Shown one piece after another: positions 26,341 to 38,684 of a stretch of 64,000 nt of DNA. The stretch covers positions 62,434,001-62,498,000 of the forward strand of contig OX597818.1 in NCBI GenBank assembly GCA_951406725.2, in the 5' to 3' direction. The notes under the pieces are model-generated. The model worked only from the letters and a program-made list of their open reading frames with translations, ran no database searches and had not been told where the DNA came from. Position numbers and translations under genes: made by a program. The stretch is from Octopus vulgaris (taxonomy: Eukaryota). Position 1 is the first letter of the stretch. Each line of letters begins with the position of its first letter.

Positions 26341-26557
26341 AGCAGCAACAATATCAACGACAACAATAACAACAACTATGTCGACGACAATAAGAAAGTA
26401 TAACAACAAGAACGATAACACGATTATACCAACGACGATAAGAGCAATGTCAACAACAATTACAATAACAAGAATATTAACAGCGTAGACAACAACTACA
26501 AGAAGCCGACAAAATTTACGGCAACAACAACAACAGCAACTAAAAACACTTTCTTTT

Positions 26558-26695
26558 TCAAATTCCGCCGAGGTCGACTTCGCTTTTCATGCTTTCGGGG
26601 TTGATAAATTAAGTACCAGTTACGTACTGGGGTCAATCTAATCGATTGGCCCCCTCGAGAAAAAAGTCGGGCCTTGTGCTTAGAATAGAAAAGGA
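26558..26695 (+). mobile_element. 5'-truncated Nin-domain-like SINE, tail A
   Basis: TTCAAATTCCGCCGAGGTCGACTT ... GGCCTTGTGCTTAGAATAGAAAAG. Confidence 0.8.
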
Positions 26696-26711
26696 GGGAA
26701 AAAAAACAATA

Positions 26712-27295
26712 AACCTTTCTACTCTAGGCACAAGGCCCGAAATTTGGGGGGAGGAGGCGAGTCGATTAGATCAACCCCAGTACGTAACTGGTATTTAACT
26801 TATCTATCCCGAAAGGATGAAAAGCAAAGTCGACCTACCTCAGTGGAATTTGAACTCAGAACATGAAGACAAACGAAATACCTATTTCTTTACTGCCCAC
26901 AAGGGGCTAGACACAAAGGGGACAAGCAAGGACAGACAAACGGATTAAGTCGATTATATGGACCCCAGTGCGTAACTGGTACTTATTTAACCAACTCCGA
27001 AAAGATGAAAGGCAAAGTCGACCTCGGCAGATTTGAACTCAGAACGTAACGGTAGACGAAATACCTATTTCTTTACTACCCAAAAGGGGCTAAACATTGA
27101 GTGGACAAACAAGAACATACAAAGGGATTAAGTCGATACATCGACTCCAGTGCGTAACTGGTACATAAATTATCGACCCCGAAAGGATGAAAGGCAAAGT
27201 CGACCTCCGCGGAATTTGAACTCAGAACGTAGCGGCAGACGAAATACGGCTACATATTTCGCCTGGCGTGCTAACGACTCTGCCAGCTCACCGCT
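26712..27295 (-). mobile_element. Tandem array of three Nin-domain-like SINE bodies (head-body-tailB-body-tailB-body-tailA)
   Basis: Internal junctions read AAAGAAATA|GGTATTTCGT on the minus strand (27056-27065 and 26873-26882). Confidence 0.9.
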
Positions 27296-29417
27296 ATTGA
27301 ATATTACAACAAACTGACCCTCTTCTTTCCAACAAGTTACAACCACTTGCTCATAGTTGCGGCGTTTCTAACTAAAACATCAATTTATAAAGTAACATCT
27401 TCAGCTTATCTGAACTTCTCATTCTTCCTGGTGTGAACATCTTTTATTATTTCTGAATCGAAATTCTGTCTTAGACATGTATTAGTTCTAAAATTCACAG
27501 TTCACCAGAATTTCTTTTCTACAGAATATTTTCCTGCAACAATTTAACCAATGGTGTTCAAATTGATTAGTTTCATAAATCTTATCAATTTAAGAGTTGC
27601 AAATTACATGCGCACTACCCCCTTTTCTCCCTCTCTCTCTCTTTCAGTAATTAACAAAGAATACATTTTCTTTCTTTATACCCATAAGGTGTCGGTGAAC
27701 TGTGTTGGTGACATGTCTGAGATTCATTACTTCAGCTGTTTTAATTTGCTACATTTATCAACTCAGAAACGCTATGGTCTTATAAAGAAGGCCTCTTGCT
27801 TATATAAGAAACCATGTTTTAGCACGAAATAATTTCAATTCGCGAATATTTTCACAGCAAATTCCACACCATTGTGACAACTTTGACCAACAACTATTAT
27901 GCTGCATGCTCTCTAGGTTTTTCTTAGTCCTTCTGTTGCTTCAACTAGGCTAAGTAATGTATTAGTTGACGGAATATTTATTGCTATTGATGAAATACGA
28001 ATCACGTAATGCTAAGTGCACATTAATGTAGATGATATGCAGGTGTATTTTACGTGATAAATATACTTGATGTGGCCTGCTCTTACTACACAGATTCATT
28101 TTATGCCATCAAATGTCGGTATTAAAAGAAAATTTCTTCCCCAGGCAATATATCTCCAACAGTTCTCTCATTTCACTTTCAAATCTATAATTGTAAGTGG
28201 AGTTGGTTGTTGTCGCTGATTTCGCTCGAAGCGATACACTGTGATTGTTGTTGAACTATAAGCTAAGGAAATAGTCATCAAATGTTGCTGTCGTTGTTGT
28301 TATTGTTGTTGTTGTTGTTGTTGTTGTTTCAGCTCTGGCCAGTGTTGGCCAAATAGACTTACGACCAGTCGTGACCATCCCCACATTTCGTCCATGCAGA
28401 AGACTACATTAACCAATAATTTCTTTCATGACCAAGCTATCATTTGAGATAAATATGGCTGCATATTTCTCTCAAGTCGACCGACTCTCCAGAGGACTTC
28501 TTATTCTTCCACTAACATGAATTTTACAGAGCTACTTTAAAGTAATGTTTATCACTTATTAAGTACCGGCTTACTAAAAGTAACTGACCTAAAACATACG
28601 GCGTTGGGTTCACGATTTCGACGTTATGGGTTCGATTTCTTAGCTAGGCAGTTCGCTGTTTCTGTGAATTCATTTCGTATTACTCCAGTTTAATCTAGCG
28701 AAAATGAGCGCTGATGAAGCGCTAACAACTCGTCCACTTCAACAAACGGTCATATCTTCAATGTTATACTAAATCAAGTGTGGGAGGGCAGAAATGGATT
28801 CTATGTCTGTTTGCAACTATTCAGATACCTAAATCAAATAAAGAAACCGTGGTGTATGCTATCAGGTAATTCTCGTTCATATTCGGTCATATTCGAGTGA
28901 TGGCTTTTATTAGCATCTGTCCATAGCAGACGTGGTTGTGTGGCAAGAAGTTTGGTTCCCAACCACATGATGCTGGGTTCAGAATCATGGATATATAAAC
29001 ATATTGTCATAAAGTGACGAAGGGTGCTAGTAAGCAGCACCACTGCTAGAAATAAGCGTGAAAACTATTAGCCACGTGAGAGCACTTTAGTACGACTGAC
29101 AAGGGAAAACGGCACCTCCGTACGACGAGTGACATTTTAGTGACAACTATATATATATATATATTTGAGTGTGTATGTGTGTAGCTGTCCCTTGACAACC
29201 GGTGATGGTATTTTTGCGTCTCCGCAATATAGCGGTTTTAAAAATTAATAAACCCGTCTGTCAATTTGTCGGACTAAAACTTCTTCACTGTGGTGCCCCA
29301 GCATGGCCGCAGACTAATGACTGAAACGGGTAAAATATCAAAAGTAAAATGTTTACGTCTTTTTCTTATTTCTGTATCAAATTGACAAAAATGAAAAAAT
29401 CTTTTCACGTTTTGAAA

Positions 29418-29495
<78 letters not shown>

Positions 29496-29634
29496 CATCA
29501 TCACCATCATCATTATTCCTTCGTAACACAGTGTAGGTAAATATGCAACGGAGTCTTTACTCATCTGTCAAGTCACAATAAGGACCCCAGACGATAAGGA
29601 CCTAGTTGCCTTAAGATGTTTTGAAGTTTCAATG

Positions 29635-30150
29635 GGATTAAGCCCCACTCCCCGATCACCACTGGTATCACTTTTACATTAGCCTCTCGCATTCCATACA
29701 GCTTTGCCATTTCTTCTTTCAGTTCGGAGCACTTGGTGATTTTTTTCAACTTCTTTACTCACAGCATTCACGTCGTTTGATACGGCTACATCAATGATCT
29801 GATAGTATCTGTCTCTCTTATTCAATATGACAATATTAATGTTTTTTTTTGTGCACGATCAGCCATTTTGTGATTATATACCGGATTAAGCCCCACTCCC
29901 CGATCACCACTGGTATCACTTTTACACTAGCCACTCGCATTCCATACAGTTTTGCCATTTCTTCTTTCAATTCGGAGCACTTGGTGATTTTTTTCAACTT
30001 CTTTACTCACAGCATTCACGTCGTTTGATACGGCTACATCAATGATCTGATAGTATCTGTCTCTCTTATTCAATATGACAATATTAATGTGTTTTTCTTT
30101 TTTTTGTGCACGATCAGCCATTTTGTGATTATATACCGGAGTGGAAACCA
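29635..30150 (-). pseudogene. Tandemly duplicated (period about 248 bp) fragment of an R4/Dong-like restriction-like endonuclease domain
   Basis: NIVILNKRDRYYQIIDVAVSNDVNAVSKEVEK resembles the RLE PD..D..K region. GGATTAAGCCCCACTCC starts at 29635 and 29883. Confidence 0.7.
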
Positions 30151-30388
30151 TACAATGCCCCGAATTTTAAAATATAAAACCCTCCAGAAAAACACACAAA
30201 TAGATCGAAAATGGTATGTGTGAGAAATAATATTCGCTGGAAACTCATAGGCATTTCTTTTTAACGGTAAGTATGAAGCGGCTTGTGTTTAGTTTAATAG
30301 AGAAATCAGCTGTCGACAAAACTCCAGTTAAGATCCGTTTGACACGTTTTAAAACAGCTTAACAAAACAATAAAAGCAAGGAAAACAA

Positions 30389-30430
<42 letters not shown>

Positions 30431-30597
30431 AAATATATAAATAAACAAACACGGAAAAGTAACCAACAAGAAAAAGCGAAAGCTAAAATGTATTTTTAAA
30501 TCACTTAAATTTATTACATAGCGTTTATAGCAATCATCACAATTTCTTTTTTTTATTATCACCGTCACTATCAGCATCTTATCTCCACCACAGTCTT

Positions 30598-30599
<2 letters not shown>

Positions 30600-30649
<50 letters not shown>

Positions 30650-30746
30650 CCATCATCATCATCACCATCATCATCATCACCATCATCATCACCACCACCA
30701 CCACCACCACCACCATCATCATCATGGTCGTCGCCATCATCATCAC

Positions 30747-30797
<51 letters not shown>

Positions 30798-30890
30798 CAT
30801 CACCATCGCCATCACCACCACCACCACCACCACCATCATCATCATCACGGTCGCCGCCATCATCATCACCATCATCATCATCATCATCAC

Positions 30891-30925
<35 letters not shown>

Positions 30926-31090
30926 CCATTGTCATCATTACCATCGTCATCATCATCATCACCATCCTCATCCCCATCATCATCATCACGGTCGTCGCCA
31001 TCATCATAGTCATCGTCGTCGTCGTCGCCATCGTCGTCGTCATCATCATTCCTGTTGTTCTCCATTTCATATTATTATTATTATTATTCG
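30600..31090. repeat. Compound (CAT)/(CAC)/(CGT) trinucleotide microsatellite
   Basis: Directly visible. A similar tract lies at 55083-55240. Confidence 0.95.
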
Positions 31091-31488
31091 TGGAGTCAGT
31101 CGTATTCGTAATGCTATCAATTCCTAGTCGTATCAATAGTATTAGCAGTAGTTTTATTAAACGAATAAAAAAATATATATATTTATGGTTGATATGATAT
31201 AATACATTATGTATATAACGTTTATTTGTATTGCACAGATATTTCTGCTAGGTTACAAAAGGCAGTGAAGAACTGAAGACACCTATTACAGGCAGCTAAA
31301 ACGTCAGTTCCTATAGCAGAATCTAACGCAGAGAGCCGTGTATGTATATTGGAAGCATCCTTGAATTATTTGCGTGGATGCACACGCCTCAGTTAAGCTG
31401 AACTGTCAAAGAATGATATTGTTTGATTTGGGCAAAGCAGAAAATGTTTTCACCATATGTATATTTGTGTGTGTGTGTGTGCATGTGC

Positions 31489-31535
<47 letters not shown>

Positions 31536-31744
31536 GTAGTGGTGGAGATGGGGGAGGGAGAAGAAGGGGTTTCATACAATGACGAGAGGACCCTGGTATT
31601 GCCAAGGTCACGAGTGATGTACTATATTTACTTGAATGGATTGCGAAAAATTTCATACAACATTGCGAAACATCATGGTTAAAATTTCAGGGGACAGCAT
31701 TATATTCGAGCTGAAGAAAATAAGTGAGATAAACATATGATATA

Positions 31745-31987
31745 CAGGGTGTTCAAAAAGTCTCTCCACAGTCAATTCTTTTTTCATCCTGCGCATGTAT
31801 TTCAAAACATGTGTGGAAGAGTCAACTTATGTATTGAAATTGAAGGATGACTATTTCAACACCACTTATAAAGTTTGTTTTTCAAAGTCTTGTAAAGCCT
31901 AACATATTCTTTTGTAGTCTTATACCTTCTTATAAATATGTATTTTGCAATACAATACTTACTGCGGAGAAATATTTGAACACCCTG
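31745..31987. mobile_element. Tc1/mariner-type MITE, 243 bp
   Basis: TA|CAGGGTGTTCAAAAAGTCTCTCCACAGT ... ACTGCGGAGAAATATTTGAACACCCTG|TA, i.e. TIRs with a TA TSD. Confidence 0.9.
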
Positions 31988-32384
31988 TATTTATTGATTT
32001 TTAATTTCCAAAACTTGAGAGTCGCATTATGTTCGAGATCACAACTTGCTCAAGGAAGACAAAGATATAGAAGAGTGATTTTTGACTGTGAAACGAACCT
32101 GCATCTTAACCCATATATACCCCGGGTTGCATTTTCGCAACACAAAACCTGCTTCTACATGTTTGGACATGAACTCACCAGGAAGCATGTGACTGACCAT
32201 ACGAAACGTCCAGTAGGCAGTCGACACCCCTAGCTAAGTCTTTTAAGAATTCATATTTAATGGGCAGATATGAGTTGATTTTTACCACCTTATGTACCCA
32301 CAAGTATAAGACAATCTAAATAAACATTATTTACATTATTTACATTAGTCGGATATTTGTCCTCATCTTGTTTGTTGCTAAAAT

Positions 32385-32716
32385 CGTTAACACGCCGGGC
32401 GAAATGCTTTGTGGTATTTCGTCCGCCGCTGCATTCTGAGCTCAAATTCCGCCGAGGTCGACTTTGCCTTTCATTCTTTCGGGGTCGATTAAATAAGTAC
32501 CAGTTACGCACTGGGATCGATATAATCGACTTAATCCGTTTGTCTGTCTTTGTTTGTCCTCTCTATGTTTAGCCCCTTGTGGGTAGTAAAGAAATAGGTA
32601 TTTCGTCTGTCTTTACGATCGATGTTCAAATTCCACCGAGGCTGACTTTGCGTTTCATCTTTGAGGTCGATAAAATAAGCACCAGTTGAGTACTGGGGTC
32701 GACGTAATCGACTTAA
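32385..32716 (+). mobile_element. Tandem dimer of Nin-domain-like SINE
   Basis: Body-tailB, then GGTATTTCGT (32597-32606) and a second, more degenerate body. Confidence 0.88.
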
Positions 32717-32796
32717 ATGCTCCTGGGTAAAAGTATGAGAACGGTAACTCTCTGCCGAGCTATGTCAAACCAGCGTGGAAAATTAAGATTATCAAA

Positions 32797-33008
32797 GGCG
32801 GCGAGCTGGCTGAAGTGTTAGCACTCCGGACGAAATGCTTAGCGGTATTTCGTTCATTGCTACGTTCCGAGTTCAAATTCCGCCGTGGTCGATTTTGCCT
32901 TTCATCCTTTCGCGGTCGATAAATTAAGTACCATTTGCGTACTGGGATCGATGTAATAGACTGGCCTCCTCCCCCAAAATTTCAGGCCTTGTGCCTAGAA
33001 TAGAAAAG
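32797..33008 (+). mobile_element. Full-length Nin-domain-like SINE, tail A (uninterrupted target form)
   Basis: GGCGGCGAGCTGGC head, CTTAGCGGTATTTCGT intact, GCCTTTCATCCTTTCGCGGTCGATAAATTAAGTACCA domain, GGCCTTGTGCCTAGAATAGAAAAG tail. Confidence 0.88.
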
Positions 33009-33240
33009 AGTAGGTTTATCAAATCAGTTTGATCTGAAGCTCATATTCATTGTATCGTTGTCAAACCCTGATCGATAGAGAGAAAACGCTGACTCGTTCT
33101 TCTTGCAACGGACTGAACATAAGCAATGCGATCTAATCCAAGTCCAATACTGATGTGAACACAATTAATTCCAGTATTTTACCGGTACTAATTTGAAGGA
33201 ACTCAAGTGAATGAAAGACAAAGCTAAAAGCAGGAAGATT

Positions 33241-33549
33241 GGATGGAAGCACTCCGTCAGTTACGACGACGAGGGTTCCGGTTGATCCGAATCAACGGAA
33301 CAGCCTGCTCGTGAAATTAACGTATAAGTGGCTGAGCACTCCACAGACACGTGTACCCTTAACGTAGTTCTCGGGGATAAGAGTGAGAGAAAGTTGTGGT
33401 GAAAGAGTACAGCAGGGATCACCACCATCCCCTGCCGGAGCCTCGTGGAGCTTTTAGGTGTTTTCGCTCAATAAACACTCACAACGCCCGGTCTGGGAAT
33501 CGAAACCGCGATCCTATGACCGCGAGTCCGCTGCCCTAACCACTGGGCC
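33241..33549 (-). mobile_element. tRNA-derived SINE flanked by a 53-bp duplication
   Basis: Matches the 53546-53884 family. CCGGTACTAATTTGAAGG ... AAAAGCAGG at 33182-33234 and 33548-33600, one mismatch. Confidence 0.9.
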
Positions 33550-34234
33550 GGTACTAATTTGAAGGAACTCAGGTGAATGAAAGACAAAGCTAAAAGCAGG
33601 TAGATTAGAAACCAGAGCATAGACAACGACGCCAAGAAACAGCACGGTATTTAATCAACCTCTGTAGTGTTTCTGTAACAATGAAAGGGAATAATTCTGC
33701 AGAGTATCCAATGATAAGGTTTTGCATTTACTGGAGAGAGAATGAGGCATACTGCAGTGACGTTTATGGCTTTCCCAGGTCGCTTTACAAGCTTCTATGA
33801 TATAAAATTGCTTCCTATGCACATGATAACTGTTTCACACAAATGACATTGGTGAGATCGTATCGCTTTTACTACATTTCTCTATAACCACCACTCGACT
33901 GCATTCACCATACAAAGAATACGGCACAATATTTATAAAATAATACGAAGCATTATATAGTATACATGTAGAAGTAATTTATAAAACAGAGTATTAAATA
34001 TATAAAATATAAATTTCTCTTAGTAATAACTAACATTCAAAGTTTTCTATCACAAAAAAGCGCAGCTTATTGTTTTACAAATTCGTTTTCTGAGAAAGAA
34101 AGTTGTCCTCTACGTGTTAAAAGTTGTAATAACAAGAATTGAAGGAAAAAAAAAGTTATGATTCAATACTTTAACTTTCCACATAACACATTTTATGAAA
34201 GGAATACACACACATACACACAGACACACACAAT

Positions 34235-34298
<64 letters not shown>

Positions 34299-34349
34299 GT
34301 GTGTGTGTGTGTGTGTGTGTTAGTGTGTGTCTGTATATACATATACATG

Positions 34350-34418
<69 letters not shown>

Positions 34419-35462
34419 TATATACATATATATGTGTGTGTGTGTGTATGCATATATAAAATATATTCGGAAGAATATATTGTACATACGTAAGCGCTTA
34501 TTCGCACGCACACTTTGGCACACAGATACATACATTCATACACATACACGTACATATACACACATACCTACACATACACAGATATATGAAATAAAATGGT
34601 AATGTTGAACGTCATATTTGGAAACATGAAATTATGAGTTGATAGAGGACATAAAATAGTAAGACAGAACGAAACAGTGATATATATGTATATATATATA
34701 TGTAGAGAGAGAGAGAGAGAGAGAGAGAGCAAGATAGAAGAGATACAAAGAAACGAGTGAACCTCGTGGAAGACAATAGTTTCATTTCGAAGAAGCTGTA
34801 AAATATGTCGTGTGTCGACGAAATAGTAAGAAGGTAGGCATCTGTTAAGAAGCTACGTTATAATTTTATCGAAGAACCAAACGAAATCAATGCAGTTGTT
34901 GATCTAAAATAGAAAAACTAATGAAATTGAATATAGAATTCAAAGGTTTATAGAATAAAGAATGCGTTATTTTGGCTTATATCGCATCCATAAAACTAGT
35001 TTATAGAGAAGGGATTATTTCATCAAGCAACGAAAGAAGCCTAAAAGTAATCGATAAGACTAAGGTACATTCGATGCAGTTTTCATGAGATATGCAATTG
35101 AGTTTAGACAAACACACAACTATTGTGCATTGGCAAAAATAAGAGACAAACGACATGTTAGGAATATGCTGCAATTGTTTGTTTTATTTATTTATTTGCG
35201 TTTGTATATCGTTATGAAAGAAATGATTTTAGAGTGCAGAATTATAATAAGGATGTCAAGAGACATTCAAACATATTTTTTTTATATGTACGTACGTACA
35301 TATATAAGCGTGTGTGTGTGGTAAGTAACTTGCTTATCAACTACATGGTTCCGGGTTCAGTCCCACTGCGTTGCACCTCGGGCGAGTGTTTTTTACTATC
35401 ACCTCGAGTCGACCAAAGCCTTGTGAGTGGATTTGATACACGGAAACTGAAAGAAGCCCATC

Positions 35463-35496
<34 letters not shown>

Positions 35497-35522
35497 GGGT
35501 GTGTGTGATTGTGTATAGAAGA

Positions 35523-35945
35523 ATATATTAATAAAAGGAATTCCAACCTTGTCTGATCTTCACGTTTTATTTACAATCTTATAATGATATAAGACAATAT
35601 AATAAAATAAAATAAAATAAAATAGTAGAATGTTAAATGTTCATTCTGATTGAACTAGTACTTTCATGCATTAAATTCTGCAATCTTCAGGTTCATGTAG
35701 TAGTGGTGACAGTCATGCTTCACAATTTTTGACTGTCAAAAATTGTGAAGCATGACTGTCACCACTACTACATGAACCTGAAGATTGCAGAATTTAGTGC
35801 ATGAAAGTACAAGTTCAATCAAAATGAACATTTAACATTCTACTATTTTATTTTATTTTATTTTATTATATTGTCTTATATCATTATAAGATTGTAAATA
35901 AAACGTGAAGATCAGACAAGGTTGGAATTCCTTTTATTAATATAT
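35523..35945. repeat. Near-perfect palindrome, about 211-bp arms, 1-nt spacer at 35734, each arm carrying a hammerhead motif (family D)
   Basis: The arms are reverse complements with about 3 mismatches. Hammerhead motifs at 35651-35695 (-) and 35773-35817 (+). Confidence 0.95.
35651..35695 (-). ncRNA. Minimal type I hammerhead ribozyme motif (family D)
   Basis: TGAAC-CTGAAGA-TTGCA-GAATTTAA-TGCAT-GAAA-GTAC-TA-GTTCA: canonical CUGANGA and GAAA, 5-bp stem I, palindromic AGTACT stem III. Confidence 0.75.
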
Positions 35946-36038
35946 ATATATATATATATAATAAATATTAGGGAATAAATCCAAATTTACAGGGAAAAAA
36001 TCAGATTTAGGATTAAATCCAATTTTATAGTAAAATAT

Positions 36039-36171
36039 TATATAATATTAATTAGAGACAAAACCACTATTTTGCAAAACAAACAAGGAAAGACTTAATC
36101 AATACATAAAATTTTATGTATTGATTAAGTCTTTCCTTGTTTGTTTTGCAAAATAGTGGTTTTGTCTCTAA

Positions 36172-36184
<13 letters not shown>
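36039..36184. repeat. Perfect spacerless palindrome, about 73-bp arms
   Basis: Centre CATAAAA|TTTTATG at 36111/36112; the arms GAGACAAAACCACTATTTTGCAAAACAAACAAGGAAAGAC mirror exactly. Confidence 0.95.
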
Positions 36185-36230
<46 letters not shown>

Positions 36231-36488
36231 GTATATATGTGTGTGCGTATGTTTGCCTCTCTGTGTTTGTCCCCTCACCATCACTTGACAACCGATGGTG
36301 GTGCGTTTACGCCCCAGTAAATTAGCGGTTCGGCAAAGAGACCGGTAGTATAAGTACTAGGCTTCCTAAGAATAAATTGTGGGGTCGATTTGTTCGACGA
36401 AAGGCGGTGCTCCAGCATAGCCGCATTCAAATGACTGAAACAAATAAAAGAAAGAATAATATATATATACATACATATATGTATGTAT

Positions 36489-36530
<42 letters not shown>

Positions 36531-36914
36531 ATACATGCATATATATATATATATGTATATATGTAGACACACAGACACACACACAGAGAAACACACAAAC
36601 CGACTTTGTCTCTCTCACACACACAACCCCCCTGTCACAAGCAGACAGATAGCGGCCATGGAAAGATATGCTTTTACTAAAATTATCTGCCCTTGTAGAA
36701 ACAAACAGCGGCAATTTTCAGAAACTCTGAAATAGCAAGGGGAGATAATTTCTAGCAAATATCAACTGATGCGGAATTAAGACGCCATTAAAAAATAAGG
36801 GGATTTTTGTTTTCTGGAGACAAAAGAGTACTTTTCAACGGTTTTTCATCAATAGACATCGTCAGCGCAGTGTTACTCCAGTAAACGTAAGACTTAACAA
36901 TAAAATGAGGAGAG

Positions 36915-37660
36915 AATATTTATGGAGTAAAATACTTCGGATATTACGTTTTCCGCTTTGGTTTGCAAGATTCTTTATGTGAGTTCGTGTGTTGAAGCAT
37001 ATTCTGTTTGTCTGGGGAGAGTCATTTTCTTTTTGCGCCTTATAATGTAACACACTCACCGGTAAAATTTCCATTTATTTTCTTATTTTTATTTTCCTAA
37101 AATTTTCGTTGCGTCTTAACTATTGAAAAGTTTGCAAGACGCAACGAAAATTTTAGGAAAATAAAAATAAGAAAAACGTGGAAATTTTACCGGTGAGTGT
37201 GTTACATTATAAAGTCGACTGCAAAACAAATGAATCTAAGTCGGCTTTTTATTTTAGCAGACTCTATAGCCGAACCGCTGAGTTACGTGGACGTAAAGAA
37301 ACTTCGATTCTAAAATGGTGAGAAACAAACAACAGCAATTTTAAGAAACTCTGAAATATCAAGGGGAGATAATTTCTGACAAAATTCAATTGTTTCTACT
37401 TTTCAACTTATTCAATATTTAAGACGCAACGAAAATCTTTGGAAAATAAAAATAAGAAAAAAAGTGAAAATTTTACCGGTGAGTGTGTTACATTATAAGG
37501 CACAAAAAGAAAATGACTCTCCCCAGACAAACAGAATTTGCTTCAACACACGAACTCACATAAAGAATCTTGCAAACCAAATCCCAAAAACGAAATATCC
37601 GAAGTATTTTACTCCATAAATGACTCTCCCCAGACACAACAGAATACTTTGGATAATTAA
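36915..37660. repeat. Cluster of inverted and direct copies of a ~200-bp repeat (family E); further copy at 42030-42225
   Basis: Minus copy 36915-37117, plus copies 37118-37212 and 37420-37660. Shared GACGCAACGAAAATTTTAGG and TTTTACCGGTGAGTGTGTTACATTATAAGG. Confidence 0.9.
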
Positions 37661-38255
37661 ACAACAATATGCATGCACACACACATAAACACATGTAACG
37701 GGCTTCCTTATAATTTCCGTCAGCCAAATTCCTTCGCAAAAGCGTGTGGTCGGGAAATAAACTTCTTACCACACAGCAGCGCCTGTGTTTACTGACAAAA
37801 TTAGATAAACTACAAGAAAAATATGGAGCAGCAAATATCTGATATTTACCAGGCAGTAACTGCTCGTGTCAGCAGAAGCATTAGAAACGACAAGAAATTT
37901 TCTGAGCGTCGGCATAGAGAAGGACTATATACGTATCTATTTAAATTACTCTCGATCTATTACAAGTAGGAGTATTCATTAGTCTTCTTCCAATTTAATG
38001 TAATATTCGATTCGTCATACTCGCAATGGGAAAGAAATACATATAAATATAAGTAACAAAGACAGCTTAATTAAGTTTGTTAGGAAATACACTCAAGTGA
38101 CTTACAAATTTATTGCTCACAGTCTCAACACTTATTTTATTATCGAACAGAAATAGCTTGTATACAGCCGCACCACCTTCTAGAAACAACAGCCACATTT
38201 TCAACAAATCAATGGATGCTATCTTAAAACTAGGAAGGTTGCGATTTGTATTGAA

Positions 38256-38684
38256 CTAGCAATATAGCCCGGCGTTGCTCGGGTTTGTTTTTAGTTGCGC
38301 TTAAAACGGCAGACTTTGATGTCGCGTTAACAAAGTTTTGACATAGTTTCAATCATTTTTGAAATATAAAATTTTGCATTATGTAGCTTGTTATTCTCTT
38401 TAAGTGAACGTGTTTCTGGTTGAAATACACCGAAAAATGACGACACAACAGTAAAAAAATCGTAAAAATAGGGATTTTCATAGAAATAAAGCAACTTTTT
38501 GGTGTAAATAATCTTAACATGGTCCGATTTGAAGTTTTTCTACTACCGAATGAAGAGCAAGCCTTCTTCTATAATACTTTCAATTTTGGTCAACTTCCGC
38601 CGTAGGGTCTCGGAGGAGAGAGTGTTAGTTGAAGGCTACCAAACCTGCCACACACACAGACAACTTCAGGTTTATATATATAGA
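38256..38684 (-). mobile_element. Non-autonomous Helitron, 429 bp
   Basis: The minus strand starts A|TC and ends with the hairpin CCCGAGCAACGCCGGG, 8 nt, then CTAG|T. These are canonical Helitron termini with an A|T target. Confidence 0.88.

Larger units (their letters stand above)
35315..36455 (+). mobile_element. CORE-like SINE split into 5' half (35315-35466) and 3' half (about 36240-36455) by insertions in its internal microsatellite
   Basis: The two halves are colinear with the family consensus. Two palindromic inserts lie between them. Confidence 0.8.

Noticed and set aside
26712-27295. Regularly spaced repeats superficially like a CRISPR array
   Set aside because: The units are ~180-bp SINE bodies with no unique spacers and no cas genes, in a eukaryotic context.
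30571-31197. Asp/Gly-rich ORF resembling an acidic biomineralisation protein
   Set aside because: It is a compound CAT/CAC microsatellite open in several frames, with no signal peptide or splice context; a similar tract lies at 55.1 kb.
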